Shown: positions 10,602 through 21,516 of the stretch, piece by piece | How the letters are laid out: every line of letters begins with the position of its first letter | Position numbering within the stretch: the stretch's first letter is position 1 | The notes under the pieces: generated by a model | What the model saw: only the letters and a program-made list of their open reading frames with translations | The model's database searches: none | Told to the model about the DNA's origin: nothing | Program-made: the position numbers and the translations under genes | Source: a virus | Taxonomy: Duplodnaviria; Caudoviricetes | Virus record (IMG/VR): IMGVR_UViG_3300032240_000687 | Span: 1 to 39,335 of that record | DNA: 39,335 nt | Strand: one strand, 5' to 3'

Positions 10602-13600
10602 ATGGCAGAATTTAAACTAGGTAGAATTAAGTTTGTATATCAAGGCGCTTGGGCCGCTAGCACAGCGTATGTTGTAGATGACGTGATATCTGTAGGCGGA
10701 AGAACCTATATTTGCGTAGTTAGCCATACAGCATCAGCCGCATTTGCAACAGACTTAAACTTTAATCCTACAAAATGGAACGTGGTTGCTGACGGAGCTA
10801 AATGGCTCGGTACTTGGGCAAATAATACTTCTTATAATATTAACGATCAAGTATTATACGGTGGAATTGTATATCAAGCTAATACCGCTCATACTAGTAT
10901 TGCAACTTCTGCTCCAGTTACAGTTACTGGCGCATCAGGTTCAGCAGGCACTGCTACAATTACATTTTCTGCATTACCAGTAGCACCATTTGCTGTTGGT
11001 TCAAGCATTACTGTTGCCGGCATCACTACTACTGCATCTGGATATAATGCTACTGCAACTGTTACTGCTTGTACAACAACTAGCGTATCTTATTCAAACG
11101 GAACTACTGCAACCTATACAACTGGCGGTACTATTGTAGGTACTAACTTAACTGGTTTAGAATATGATTCTGGTAAATGGGATGCATTTGCTTCTAGCTT
11201 TAGCTGGCAAGGTGCGTGGACTACTAACACAAGATACAAAGCTCGTGATTTAATTACATACGGAGGCATTACATATCTATGTAATACACCTCACCTTAGT
11301 GCTAATACTGCCGCACTAGGTCAAGAAGCTGACTCAGCAAAATGGGATACATTTAATGCAGGTATTACTTATTTAGGTGCATGGAGCGGTAGTACTGTTC
11401 GCTATAAAATAAATGATGTTGTTAAGTACGGCGCAGATTTATGGATTTGTACAACCTACCATACTTCCGGAGCAACATTTGATAATTCTAAATGGAGTAT
11501 TTTTGTTAACGGTTTCCAATTTGAAAATAGCTGGACCGGCGGCACAACATATCAAATTGGCGATATCGTAACATACGGTGGCTATGCTTATATTGCTAAA
11601 CAAAATCATTCAACAGCCCAAGTACCAACAGCAGTAAGTTCTGCATACTGGGATGTTTACACAACCGGATTTAGTTACCAAGGCGATTGGTCAAGTGCAG
11701 GAAACTATTATGTAGGTTCAATTGTACGCTTAGGCGGATATACATATACTGCAATTGCAGACAATACCACTAGAACACCAACAATTAATAGTACAATACT
11801 TACAACAAACTTTATCAACGTTGATTCCGTAACCGGATTGGTTGATAGTTTACCTATTACAGTAGCATCTAGCATAGGCGGTTTATTAAACACAAGCACT
11901 TACTATGTTATTGGATCAACTGTTGCAAGCCCAACAGGCAATTTTACAGGCGGTTCAATCAGCAACGGCGCGGCAGGTGCAGGTACAATATTAACAATTG
12001 GAGCAGTTGCTTCAGGCGCGAACCCACAAGTTGGTATGTTTGTTACTGGACTTGGAATAAGTGCAGGAACATATATTGTTTCTGGATCAGGTTTAACATG
12101 GCAAGTTAATAACAGCCAGTATACTGGCGGCACTACAATTAATATTACTGGTACAATTAATCAGTTTAAAGTTAGTTCAACTCCAGGATCATCAACAGCA
12201 GTTACATTGTCAGCAACAGCAGGACAATCAGTAGTTGCTACTACAAATAATACACCTCCATTTGCAACATTCTGGACAAGATTAAATCCAGGTATTCGTT
12301 ATAATGCAACTAACGGAACTTACACTGGAGTTAGTGCAACTAACGTTTCTAGTTCAGGTTCTAGTGCAACATTTAACATAACACGTAGCAATTCAGTTTA
12401 TACTGTTACAATTAATAACGGCGGATCCGGATATGTTAACGCAGATACTTTAAAAATTGCAGGTACAAGCGTAGGCGGACTAAGCCCAGCTAACGATATT
12501 GCAATAACTGTTAGTAATGCTAGCGGCGGCATAATTCAATCTGCCGGCGTTACCGCAACAGGAAATGCGGTAACTTGGACAACTGGCACAACTTATGTAC
12601 TTGGTGATGCAGTTTATTTTGGTGCAAGCAGTTATATTTGTGTAAGCGCACACATTGGCACAAGCGGCAATCGTCCTGATGCAGATACAACTGGATCATA
12701 TTGGAATTTATTAGCGGCAGGTACTAATAGTGCGGTGCTAACTACACAAGGCGACATGTATTACTATGGTGCTTTAGGTGCTACTCGACTACCAATTGGA
12801 ACAGATGGCCAAGTACTTCGCGTATCTGGATCTGCACCAGCATGGAGTTATTTTGGTATTATCAATAATGTAGTTTATGTTTCTCCAGCAGGAACAGACA
12901 GCGTTGGATTAGGTCAAGGTTTAACTATTGACAAGCCTTGGAAAACTGTTCGTTATGCGGCTAAACTAGTTGAAGATGGTTATTTAAATCCTAATGCAAC
13001 TAGTTTATTAGTAAGAAATAAACAATTTATAATCAAAGAAGTTAGCAACTATGTATCATATACATATCAAGCTAGTATTACTGGTACATCTGGCGGTACA
13101 TTTTTAACCAGCAACACATCAGGATTGTATGTTGGAATGCCATTAACATTTACAACACAAACTGGTAGTCTTACAATTACTGGTTCTGCTATAGCTTACT
13201 CTACTGTATATTATGTGCAAGGAATTACAGCAGGTACTAGTTTTACAGTTGCATCTACTTACGGTGGCTCAGCGTTAACTGCGGCAGGCACCGGTACAGC
13301 TACCGTAAAATACTATACAAGTCTTACTTCAGAGATTGAACGAGATGCTGGCTACATTGTTGAAGGCGTTGTTTTTGATTTAAGCCACGGTGGTACTTCA
13401 AAGACCGTAATCAATGCCCGTGCATACATTAACTCAGCAGGCACAGGTTATATTAACTCAGCTGTACAAAGCCAAGCAACTACATTTATTGGTGCAGATA
13501 ATTATTTGTCTACATTAATTGGCAATATACTTGCACAAACAGCACCAACAAGTAACTATCAAACTTTAAATAGTGTTGCAAGTCCTGCTTCACAAATATT

Positions 13601-16600
13601 TGATTCTTTAATAACAGCAGAAACTGGATCAACTACTATTGCACAAGCACTAGTTACTATTGTAACTAACGCATTGACTGCCGGCGTAAGCGCAGGGATT
13701 CCAGTTGCACAACAACCACAAACAACTATTAGCGTTAAAACTGGCACATACAATGAAGTATTACCAATTGTAATTCCTTCATACGCGGCTGTTGTTGGTG
13801 ACGAATTACGTAGTACTGTAATTCAACCACAAACTGCTATTGCCAATTTAGTTAATGATAAACCAAAATCAGTTAATAGTTTAAACCGTGTTAAAGCATT
13901 AGTAAGTAACCTAATGGCTAATACTGTAATTACAAATAGTACAGGACATGCGTATGTGTTGGCTACAACAGCGGCCAGCAGTGCAGGCGGTTTTAGTACC
14001 CTTACTTTTGCAACACAAACAACTGCACCATTTACAGTTGGACAGAAGATTACAGTTAACGGTGTAACACCTAGTGGATTTAACGGTTCTAAAACTGTTA
14101 CAGCATGTACAACTAGTAGTGTTTCATTTAGCGGATCGACAGCTGGCCCACAAACAGTAGCAGGTACAGTTTCAAATCAAGACACAAGCCTAACAGCAGG
14201 CGATACTGGTTCACAAACAGCAGTTAACAGCGTGGTAACAAACATTGCTACAATGCAAAACATTTTAAACAATGGTATTGTACAAGCTCCTGCATATTCA
14301 TTTACTAGCCCAACAGGTTATAATACAAGTTACCTATCAGGTTTTGGAGATGCTAAAGCACAAATTGTACAAAATTATCAGTTTATCAAAGATGAAATTT
14401 CAGCTTACTTAAACGTTAATTACAATTCAGTTTGGACAGCACTTGGTGCTACAGGACAAGCATTATGCCAGCGTGACGTTGGTAACTTACTAGATGCATT
14501 GCAATATGACATGACTTACGGTTGTAATAATCAAAGTTTAATCGCAGGTTCATCATACTATTCAAACTATGTATTAACTGTTGCAAGTTCAGAAAAAACT
14601 GCTACCCTTGCGGCTTACAGAAGATTACAAACAGTTGTGTATCAAATTGCTACTAAGACTGGCGTTGGCGCAAGTGCAGGTAACTCTACAAGTCAAGTAA
14701 CAACTGGTAATGCAGGTAGTGCGGCTTCCGCAGTATTTGCGGCTCAGCGTGTTGGTGATGTATACTATTGGATTAATAATGCTACAAACAATACAACTAC
14801 ATTTAGTGCGGCTTCTACAGTAACGAACGGTACAACTACAGTTACATTTACAGCTATAAATTCTGGAACACCTACTCCAGGCGCCTTGCTAACAGCTAAC
14901 AACTCACTAACTGGCGCAAGTGTTTTTCCAGCAGGAACATATCTTGTAAGTCAAGCATCTGGTGTTTCAACAGTTGCTACTGGTAACTATTCAAGCGGCG
15001 GCGCGGTAACAAGTCAAACATTTGTTCTTTCTACTGCGACAAACGTAGCGGCTGGACAGCTAGTAGTTGGTACAGGCGTACCAGCAGGCTCTTATGTTAT
15101 TTCATCGTACACTAGCGGTACAACAATTACATTGGTTGACTATTGGGGAGCTCCTGCACTATTAACAACACAAGCAAGTGGTACTTATAGTTTCTACACA
15201 CCTAATACAACTGGTACATATAACATTAGTACAACTAACACAGCAACAACTGGTACATATACTGTAACTGGTTCTAACTCAATGACTCCTGTAACAAGCG
15301 GAGCGATGAGTACAAGTAGTGCTGTTGGATTAGCTTATAGTGCTATTGCGGCTCGACGTACAGAAATTCAAAATGATACTGTAGGTTGGGTACAAAAATA
15401 TTATCAAACATTGAATTTTAACACAGCAACTTGTTTTAGAGATTCAGGATTAATTGCAGATGCATTGGCATATGACGTAGGTCTAGGCACCAACTTTAAT
15501 AGCATTATTGCGGCCAAATCTTATTTTAGAGCAATTAGTTCAGCACAATATGTTATTGCTAATCAGTTAGCGGCTGAAATTGGCGCAATTAATTTTATTG
15601 GATACAAAGTTAAAAATATTGCGGCCAACGGGTCAGTTATTACTGCCAGTGAAATCATCAACGATGCAGTGGCAGACATTCGAGGTAAAACAACTACCAC
15701 ATTGACTACCGCTACCACAAGTACAAACGTGCTAACAGTAACCAGTACAAGCAACATGATAGTGGGTCAGGCAATTTCATTTACTGGATTACCAGCAAAT
15801 ATCACAACTACAGCTAGTGCTGTTGCAAGTAGCGTTATTACTTTGGGTGCTACTGTGGCTAGTCTGGGTATTGTAAACGGTCAACAAGTTTATTTTACTG
15901 GAGCAGTATTTGGTAATGTACAAGCCAATCAAATTTATTATGTGATCAGTGCTACTGCTAGCTCGATTCAGATTGCGGCTACATTAGGCGGTTCGGCTGT
16001 TACACTAGTAAATGCTACAGGTACAATGAGTGTTGTAGTTAATGCGACAGGCGGCTTATATTCCAATAACATATATTGGATCAACAGTATTCCAAGCGGC
16101 ACAACTTTAACTATCACATCTTCTTATCCTGGAACATTCCCAGGAACAGCAACCACAATTACCAACACAGTTGGTAGTATGACAGCCACAGCTACTAATG
16201 GTGTCACAGTTCAAACCAATGGTACCATAACATACAACAACACATTAGGAACTGTACAAGGCGCAGAAATTCTTCGTGCAAACAAGGCATTCCTTGCTTA
16301 CGAAGCGGCCGCGTATACAAATTTAAGCTACGGCGGTGGTGCAAATGCAGTAACAACAACAGCGGCTACTGGAAATTTAATTACAACTAGTGCTAATCAT
16401 AATTTTACAGTTGGCGATCCAGTAATATTTCCAAGTGCAACTGTAATTACTGCAACTATTACTGGCACAACCATTTCAAGCGACGGATCACGTCCAAATC
16501 AACTTACTGTTAGTTCAACTACTGGTTTTGTTGCTGGAATGAAAATTGTCTTAACTGGTTCTTCTATTAGTAACTTATCAGCAGGAACATATTATGTAAA

Positions 16601-19600
16601 AACTATTCCAGATAGCACACATATTACTGTAAGTTCTTCTTATAACGGTTCTGTGTTTACTATTACATCTACACAGTCTGGTACAATGACAGCAACAGTT
16701 GGCGGAATATTTGGTAACTTAGCATTGAATACACAATACTATGTACTAACTACTCCAAGTACAACAACATTTACAATTACAGCGATTCAGAATAGTGGCA
16801 CTGTGTTTACATTAATAGATGCTACTGGCGTGGCAACAGCACGTTATTCTTATGATTTAGCAAAATGTGTACGTGACACAAACTCATTTATTGATGCAAT
16901 TGTTTATGATTTACAGTATCCAGGAAATTATAAGACACGTAGAGCTGTTGAACTTTACTTAAATGCTGTTAACGGTTCGTTAGCATCGGACATGTTCCGT
17001 GTGCGTAATGGAACAGGATTACGTAATTGTACATTAAACGGTTTAACTGGAACATTGACTGCGGCTAACTCTTATGGTACAAAACGTCCAACAGCAGGAG
17101 CGTTCGTCGCATTAGATCCAGGCTTTGGCCCACAAGATACTAATGTTTGGGTGTCTACACGTTCACACTATTCACAAAACGTAACAATGTTTGGTACAGC
17201 TTGCTCAGGAGCAAAAATTGATGCATCTTTACATGCTGGCGGCAATAAGTCAATGGTTAAAAATGACTTTACAACAATTTTAAGTGACGGTATCGGTGTA
17301 TGGTGTACTGGTTCAGGTTCATTGACAGAACTTGTTTCAGTGTTTAACTACTACGGTTACTCAGGTTATATTGCAGAGTTAGGTGGACGTATACGTGCTA
17401 CTAACGGTAACAGTTCATATGGTACATATGGTGTTATTGCAGAAGGAACTGATACTTACGAAACTCCAATCAATGCTACATTGAATAATCGTTCAGCTCA
17501 AGCAACAATTACTAACGTAGTAACAGATACGCTTAACAAAGTGTTGCGTTATGAATTTGGTAATGCCGGACAAAATTATACTAACACCACTCACACTACA
17601 AGCGGCGCAGGTTATGGTATTACCACTATTGCTGATGAATTCCGCGATGCTTCAATATTTGAAACACGTTTAACAGACAATGGAGATGCTACATCTACGT
17701 CAGTTGGCGGAACAAGTTATGTGTCAGTGGCTAATACTGCTCAGACTAGTACTATTGGTATAATAAATCTTGCGGCTACTGACAGTGCGCTAAGTTCAGC
17801 TTACATTGGTATGCGTGTTCAACTTACTGGCGGTACAGGCGTTGGTCAATATGCCAACATCTTAACTTATAATAACGGTAACAAACAAGCTCAAGTTTAT
17901 AAAGACAGCTTTACAAACTTAACAGTTACAGCTACAACTGCATCTAGTGATTTATTAACAGTGGCAAGTACTGCAACATTATATGCTAATATGCCAATTT
18001 ATCTTGGTGCTACTGTTGGCGGAGTTCAAGCTAATACATTGTATTATGTAAAAACTATTTCCAGTGCTACACAATTTACAATTAGTTCAACAAGCGGCGG
18101 TGGCACGTTTGACGTAACTGCTGATACATCTGCTCAAACTGTAACATTATATGCGGCAGGCTGGGATCATGTTGTTCCTGGAACAACAATCAGTAACACA
18201 CCGGATTTAACAACAACTTATATTGTTGAACCACGTATTAGCTACACTGGCCCAGGATATACTGCTACTGCAAGAACATTGAGTGCTACAGCAACATGGA
18301 CAGCGGCCGCATACGGCGCTGGCAACTTCCTTGCAATTTCAAGTGGCGGCACAGCAACTAGTTATAGCACCAACGGCACATCGTGGACTGCGGCAGGCGC
18401 ACAACCAAGTGGTCAAACATGGAAAGACATTGTTTATGGTGGAGGTCAAGGTGCTGTAGCTGTAGCAGTATTAGGCGGGTTTGGCGGCTCAGGTGCAGTA
18501 TTAACTGCTAATTTAGGAACAGGCCCAACTGCTCAACAGGTTGCTAGCGTAACTATTAATAACGGCGGAACAGGATACACGACTCCTCCAACTATTGTGT
18601 TTACAAGTGCAAGTGGTTCAGGCGCTCAGGCAATTTGTACAGTATTGAACGGTGCAATTGCTACGGTAACAATTAACGTTCCAGGATCTGGATACTTAAC
18701 AGTTCCAACAGTAACAGCCGCAATTGATAGAGTTTCTAGTTACACTATGACATCATGGGGCAAAACTTATTTGTCAACTCCAAGTGTTACAGTAAGTAAC
18801 CCAGGCGGAATCAGTGCTACTGCATGGAGTTCGGGTGGTTCTGCAACTCAAGGAACATATTATTCTTATAATAATGCTGGTACAACTAATTTTTATCTAT
18901 GCGGCGTCAGCGGAACATTTACATCAAGCGGCCCAGTACATACTTCTGGAATAGCTACTAACGGTACTGCAAGTTTGACATATTACGGTACACTAGCAAC
19001 AGGTACAGCAGTATTAACTAACGCAGGTGTAAGTAGCATCACATTAGTAAACACAGGTTCTGGTTACACAGCAGTTCCAACAGTTACTATTACTGATAGT
19101 AATTCACGATTTGTAGCAATTGCTAACGGTGCAACAGCAAGCTCAATTGTTCCGATCGGTACATCAGCAACAGCAATAACATCTGCATGGGTAGCAGGTG
19201 CAGTAACTGGTAAATCAGACCTTGTATCTATTGCTTACGGTAATGGTGTTTATATTGCTGTGGGCGGTACTACAAATACAGCAAGTGCTGTTTCTGCCAC
19301 AGACCCAACTGGCACAGGCGCATGGATTGACCGTTCAAGTGCTATTACTGCTACCTCAACTGGTTTCTATAATGCAATTACATTTGGTAATGGATACTTT
19401 GTAGCAATCAACGGTGGCGGCGGTAATAAATCATCTATTAGCCAAGCTAATCCAGGTTTATGGTCGGCCGGTGGCAATTTGCCAGCAAGCACAACTTGGA
19501 CAAGCATTGCATTTGGTAACAACCGATTTGTTGCGTTAGCAGTTACAGGCGCAGTCGCAGTTTCAGTAGACAATGCTACAACATGGACAGCGGCTCCAAG

Positions 19601-21146
19601 CTCAACAGGAACTACTACAAGTATTCTTAGCTCAAGCTACACATGGAGCAAAGTTAGCTACGGACAAGGATTGTTTATGGCAATTGCACAAGGTACAACT
19701 GTATGTGCTACTAGCCCGGACGGAATTAACTGGACTGTTCAAGCAATGCCAAGTTCAAGCAACTGGCAAGGACTGGTATTCGGTAACCCAAGTAACAGAC
19801 CAGTATGGGTTGCAGTAAGTAACACCAGCGGAACAGTTGCGGCAAGCATTAGAACAGGCGCTCAAGCACTTGGTCGTATGAAAGCAATTGGCGGAAGTAT
19901 AAATGAAATCCGTATGATTGAACCAGGCTCAGGATATCCAAAAGGCGCGGTTACTGCAACTACAAGCTCTACTAATATTATTACAACAGACGATACTACA
20001 AACTTAGTTGATAGTCAGCCAATTGAATTTACTGGCGCTACAACAGGCGGATTAGCATTAAATGTAACATATTATGTAATTGGTTCTACAATTGTTAGCA
20101 ATACTAGCTTTAAGGTTAGTGCTACCGCAGGTAGTGCTACTCCAGTTACATTAACTACAACTACAGGATTGTCTGGCACTTATCGTGCAGGCCCAATTGC
20201 AACACAAACTGATCCTAACAAAGTTAAGACAGCAACAATTCGTGTACGCGGCGGTGATGGAGTATTGGGTAACCCAAGTATTCCTGCTCGTGGTACTAAT
20301 AATGCTACTGCTACTGCCCAAACTAGTGGTGACGGTTACAGTGATTTGTATCAAGTTAGCAGTTTCGTTGCTGTGGCAAACTTATACACTGTACCAACAC
20401 CAGGAGCAAACGTACAATTTGCAAGTATTGGTGGAACAAGTCAGTGGTATAAGTTAGTCAGTGTAACTATCACAGGCGGATTAGTTGGTAATTATCAAGC
20501 AACATTCCAAATTAACCCTGCATTAACAACTGCGTTAGCTCCAGCACACGGCGATCCAATTACAACTAGATTAAAATATAGTCAAGTTCGTTTAACTGGA
20601 CACGATTTCTTGTATATTGGCACTGGTAATTTTACAAGAACTAATTATCCTTACGTTGACCCAACATTAGCTGTTCAAAGTCAACAGACTAATAGTTCAG
20701 GCGGCGGACGAGTGTTCTTTACAAGTACTGACCAAGACGGTAACTTTAACGTTGGTAACTTGTTTGGAGTTCAACAGGCAACAGGTACTGCTACATTGAA
20801 CGCTAATGCGTTTAACTTAGCTGGATTACAATCATTGCAGTTGGGTGCTGTTACATTGGGTGTTGGATCGGCAGTTATTACTAGCTTTTCAACAGATCCA
20901 TACTTTACAGCTAACAGCGATAACGTTGTGCCAACACAAAAGGCAATTAAAGCGTATATTACTGCACAGATTGGTGGCGGATCAAGCTCGTTGAACGTAA
21001 ATACACTACAAGCTGGACAAGTATATCTTGCGAATAATACGATATCTAACTTCTACGGAACTCAACTTTTAGTAACTTCTAAGATGAATTTCACAGGTGG
21101 TATCGACGGTGCGCCAGTAGCAATGGCATACTTCTTACAAAAATAA
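10602..21146 (+). CDS. Giant multidomain virion structural / fibre protein B (3514 aa), paralog of protein A
   Basis: Same start (MAEFK), same domain order and near-identical C-terminal motifs (YSQVRLTGHDFL, STDQDGNF.VGNLFGVQQATG, ANSDNV.PTQKAIK); additional helical CxRD repeats and 'GSGY...PTVT' repeats. Confidence 0.8.
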   Translation: MAEFKLGRIKFVYQGAWAASTAYVVDDVISVGGRTYICVVSHTASAAFATDLNFNPTKWNVVADGAKWLGTWANNTSYNINDQVLYGGIVYQANTAHTSIATSAPVTVTGASGSAGTATITFSALPVAPFAVGSSITVAGITTTASGYNATATVTACTTTSVSYSNGTTATYTTGGTIVGTNLTGLEYDSGKWDAFASSFSWQGAWTTNTRYKARDLITYGGITYLCNTPHLSANTAALGQEADSAKWDTFNAGITYLGAWSGSTVRYKINDVVKYGADLWICTTYHTSGATFDNSKWSIFVNGFQFENSWTGGTTYQIGDIVTYGGYAYIAKQNHSTAQVPTAVSSAYWDVYTTGFSYQGDWSSAGNYYVGSIVRLGGYTYTAIADNTTRTPTINSTILTTNFINVDSVTGLVDSLPITVASSIGGLLNTSTYYVIGSTVASPTGNFTGGSISNGAAGAGTILTIGAVASGANPQVGMFVTGLGISAGTYIVSGSGLTWQVNNSQYTGGTTINITGTINQFKVSSTPGSSTAVTLSATAGQSVVATTNNTPPFATFWTRLNPGIRYNATNGTYTGVSATNVSSSGSSATFNITRSNSVYTVTINNGGSGYVNADTLKIAGTSVGGLSPANDIAITVSNASGGIIQSAGVTATGNAVTWTTGTTYVLGDAVYFGASSYICVSAHIGTSGNRPDADTTGSYWNLLAAGTNSAVLTTQGDMYYYGALGATRLPIGTDGQVLRVSGSAPAWSYFGIINNVVYVSPAGTDSVGLGQGLTIDKPWKTVRYAAKLVEDGYLNPNATSLLVRNKQFIIKEVSNYVSYTYQASITGTSGGTFLTSNTSGLYVGMPLTFTTQTGSLTITGSAIAYSTVYYVQGITAGTSFTVASTYGGSALTAAGTGTATVKYYTSLTSEIERDAGYIVEGVVFDLSHGGTSKTVINARAYINSAGTGYINSAVQSQATTFIGADNYLSTLIGNILAQTAPTSNYQTLNSVASPASQIFDSLITAETGSTTIAQALVTIVTNALTAGVSAGIPVAQQPQTTISVKTGTYNEVLPIVIPSYAAVVGDELRSTVIQPQTAIANLVNDKPKSVNSLNRVKALVSNLMANTVITNSTGHAYVLATTAASSAGGFSTLTFATQTTAPFTVGQKITVNGVTPSGFNGSKTVTACTTSSVSFSGSTAGPQTVAGTVSNQDTSLTAGDTGSQTAVNSVVTNIATMQNILNNGIVQAPAYSFTSPTGYNTSYLSGFGDAKAQIVQNYQFIKDEISAYLNVNYNSVWTALGATGQALCQRDVGNLLDALQYDMTYGCNNQSLIAGSSYYSNYVLTVASSEKTATLAAYRRLQTVVYQIATKTGVGASAGNSTSQVTTGNAGSAASAVFAAQRVGDVYYWINNATNNTTTFSAASTVTNGTTTVTFTAINSGTPTPGALLTANNSLTGASVFPAGTYLVSQASGVSTVATGNYSSGGAVTSQTFVLSTATNVAAGQLVVGTGVPAGSYVISSYTSGTTITLVDYWGAPALLTTQASGTYSFYTPNTTGTYNISTTNTATTGTYTVTGSNSMTPVTSGAMSTSSAVGLAYSAIAARRTEIQNDTVGWVQKYYQTLNFNTATCFRDSGLIADALAYDVGLGTNFNSIIAAKSYFRAISSAQYVIANQLAAEIGAINFIGYKVKNIAANGSVITASEIINDAVADIRGKTTTTLTTATTSTNVLTVTSTSNMIVGQAISFTGLPANITTTASAVASSVITLGATVASLGIVNGQQVYFTGAVFGNVQANQIYYVISATASSIQIAATLGGSAVTLVNATGTMSVVVNATGGLYSNNIYWINSIPSGTTLTITSSYPGTFPGTATTITNTVGSMTATATNGVTVQTNGTITYNNTLGTVQGAEILRANKAFLAYEAAAYTNLSYGGGANAVTTTAATGNLITTSANHNFTVGDPVIFPSATVITATITGTTISSDGSRPNQLTVSSTTGFVAGMKIVLTGSSISNLSAGTYYVKTIPDSTHITVSSSYNGSVFTITSTQSGTMTATVGGIFGNLALNTQYYVLTTPSTTTFTITAIQNSGTVFTLIDATGVATARYSYDLAKCVRDTNSFIDAIVYDLQYPGNYKTRRAVELYLNAVNGSLASDMFRVRNGTGLRNCTLNGLTGTLTAANSYGTKRPTAGAFVALDPGFGPQDTNVWVSTRSHYSQNVTMFGTACSGAKIDASLHAGGNKSMVKNDFTTILSDGIGVWCTGSGSLTELVSVFNYYGYSGYIAELGGRIRATNGNSSYGTYGVIAEGTDTYETPINATLNNRSAQATITNVVTDTLNKVLRYEFGNAGQNYTNTTHTTSGAGYGITTIADEFRDASIFETRLTDNGDATSTSVGGTSYVSVANTAQTSTIGIINLAATDSALSSAYIGMRVQLTGGTGVGQYANILTYNNGNKQAQVYKDSFTNLTVTATTASSDLLTVASTATLYANMPIYLGATVGGVQANTLYYVKTISSATQFTISSTSGGGTFDVTADTSAQTVTLYAAGWDHVVPGTTISNTPDLTTTYIVEPRISYTGPGYTATARTLSATATWTAAAYGAGNFLAISSGGTATSYSTNGTSWTAAGAQPSGQTWKDIVYGGGQGAVAVAVLGGFGGSGAVLTANLGTGPTAQQVASVTINNGGTGYTTPPTIVFTSASGSGAQAICTVLNGAIATVTINVPGSGYLTVPTVTAAIDRVSSYTMTSWGKTYLSTPSVTVSNPGGISATAWSSGGSATQGTYYSYNNAGTTNFYLCGVSGTFTSSGPVHTSGIATNGTASLTYYGTLATGTAVLTNAGVSSITLVNTGSGYTAVPTVTITDSNSRFVAIANGATASSIVPIGTSATAITSAWVAGAVTGKSDLVSIAYGNGVYIAVGGTTNTASAVSATDPTGTGAWIDRSSAITATSTGFYNAITFGNGYFVAINGGGGNKSSISQANPGLWSAGGNLPASTTWTSIAFGNNRFVALAVTGAVAVSVDNATTWTAAPSSTGTTTSILSSSYTWSKVSYGQGLFMAIAQGTTVCATSPDGINWTVQAMPSSSNWQGLVFGNPSNRPVWVAVSNTSGTVAASIRTGAQALGRMKAIGGSINEIRMIEPGSGYPKGAVTATTSSTNIITTDDTTNLVDSQPIEFTGATTGGLALNVTYYVIGSTIVSNTSFKVSATAGSATPVTLTTTTGLSGTYRAGPIATQTDPNKVKTATIRVRGGDGVLGNPSIPARGTNNATATAQTSGDGYSDLYQVSSFVAVANLYTVPTPGANVQFASIGGTSQWYKLVSVTITGGLVGNYQATFQINPALTTALAPAHGDPITTRLKYSQVRLTGHDFLYIGTGNFTRTNYPYVDPTLAVQSQQTNSSGGGRVFFTSTDQDGNFNVGNLFGVQQATGTATLNANAFNLAGLQSLQLGAVTLGVGSAVITSFSTDPYFTANSDNVVPTQKAIKAYITAQIGGGSSSLNVNTLQAGQVYLANNTISNFYGTQLLVTSKMNFTGGIDGAPVAMAYFLQK

Positions 21147-21158
21147 TGGAGAATTAAT

Positions 21159-21497
21159 ATGGCAACAGGAAGATTAGGAACACAGTTTTTATCAACAGGT
21201 ACAATCGCAATTTCAGCGGGTACACCTGTATATACTGTGACAACGGGTTACTATGGTGTGTTTAACGTTTCGTTTACAAACCAAAGCCCAACAGCATCTG
21301 TAAATATTCGATTAGCAATATCGACTACTACTACACCTGCTAATAGTGAGTACTTGGAGTTTTTAACTACAGTACCACCAAACGGTGTATTTGAACGTAC
21401 AGGTCTTGTGGCAAATAGCGGTTTAAACGTTATGGCATCATCAAACGGCACAGCAGTAAGTGTTAACGTTTATGGCATTGAAACAAGTACAAGTTAA
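21159..21497 (+). CDS. Small beta-sandwich virion protein (112 aa)
   Basis: SD GGAG; pattern similar to 1868-2422 without the insertion. Confidence 0.6.
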   Translation: MATGRLGTQFLSTGTIAISAGTPVYTVTTGYYGVFNVSFTNQSPTASVNIRLAISTTTTPANSEYLEFLTTVPPNGVFERTGLVANSGLNVMASSNGTAVSVNVYGIETSTS

Positions 21498-21516
21498 TAT
21501 TAAAGAGAGATAAAAT

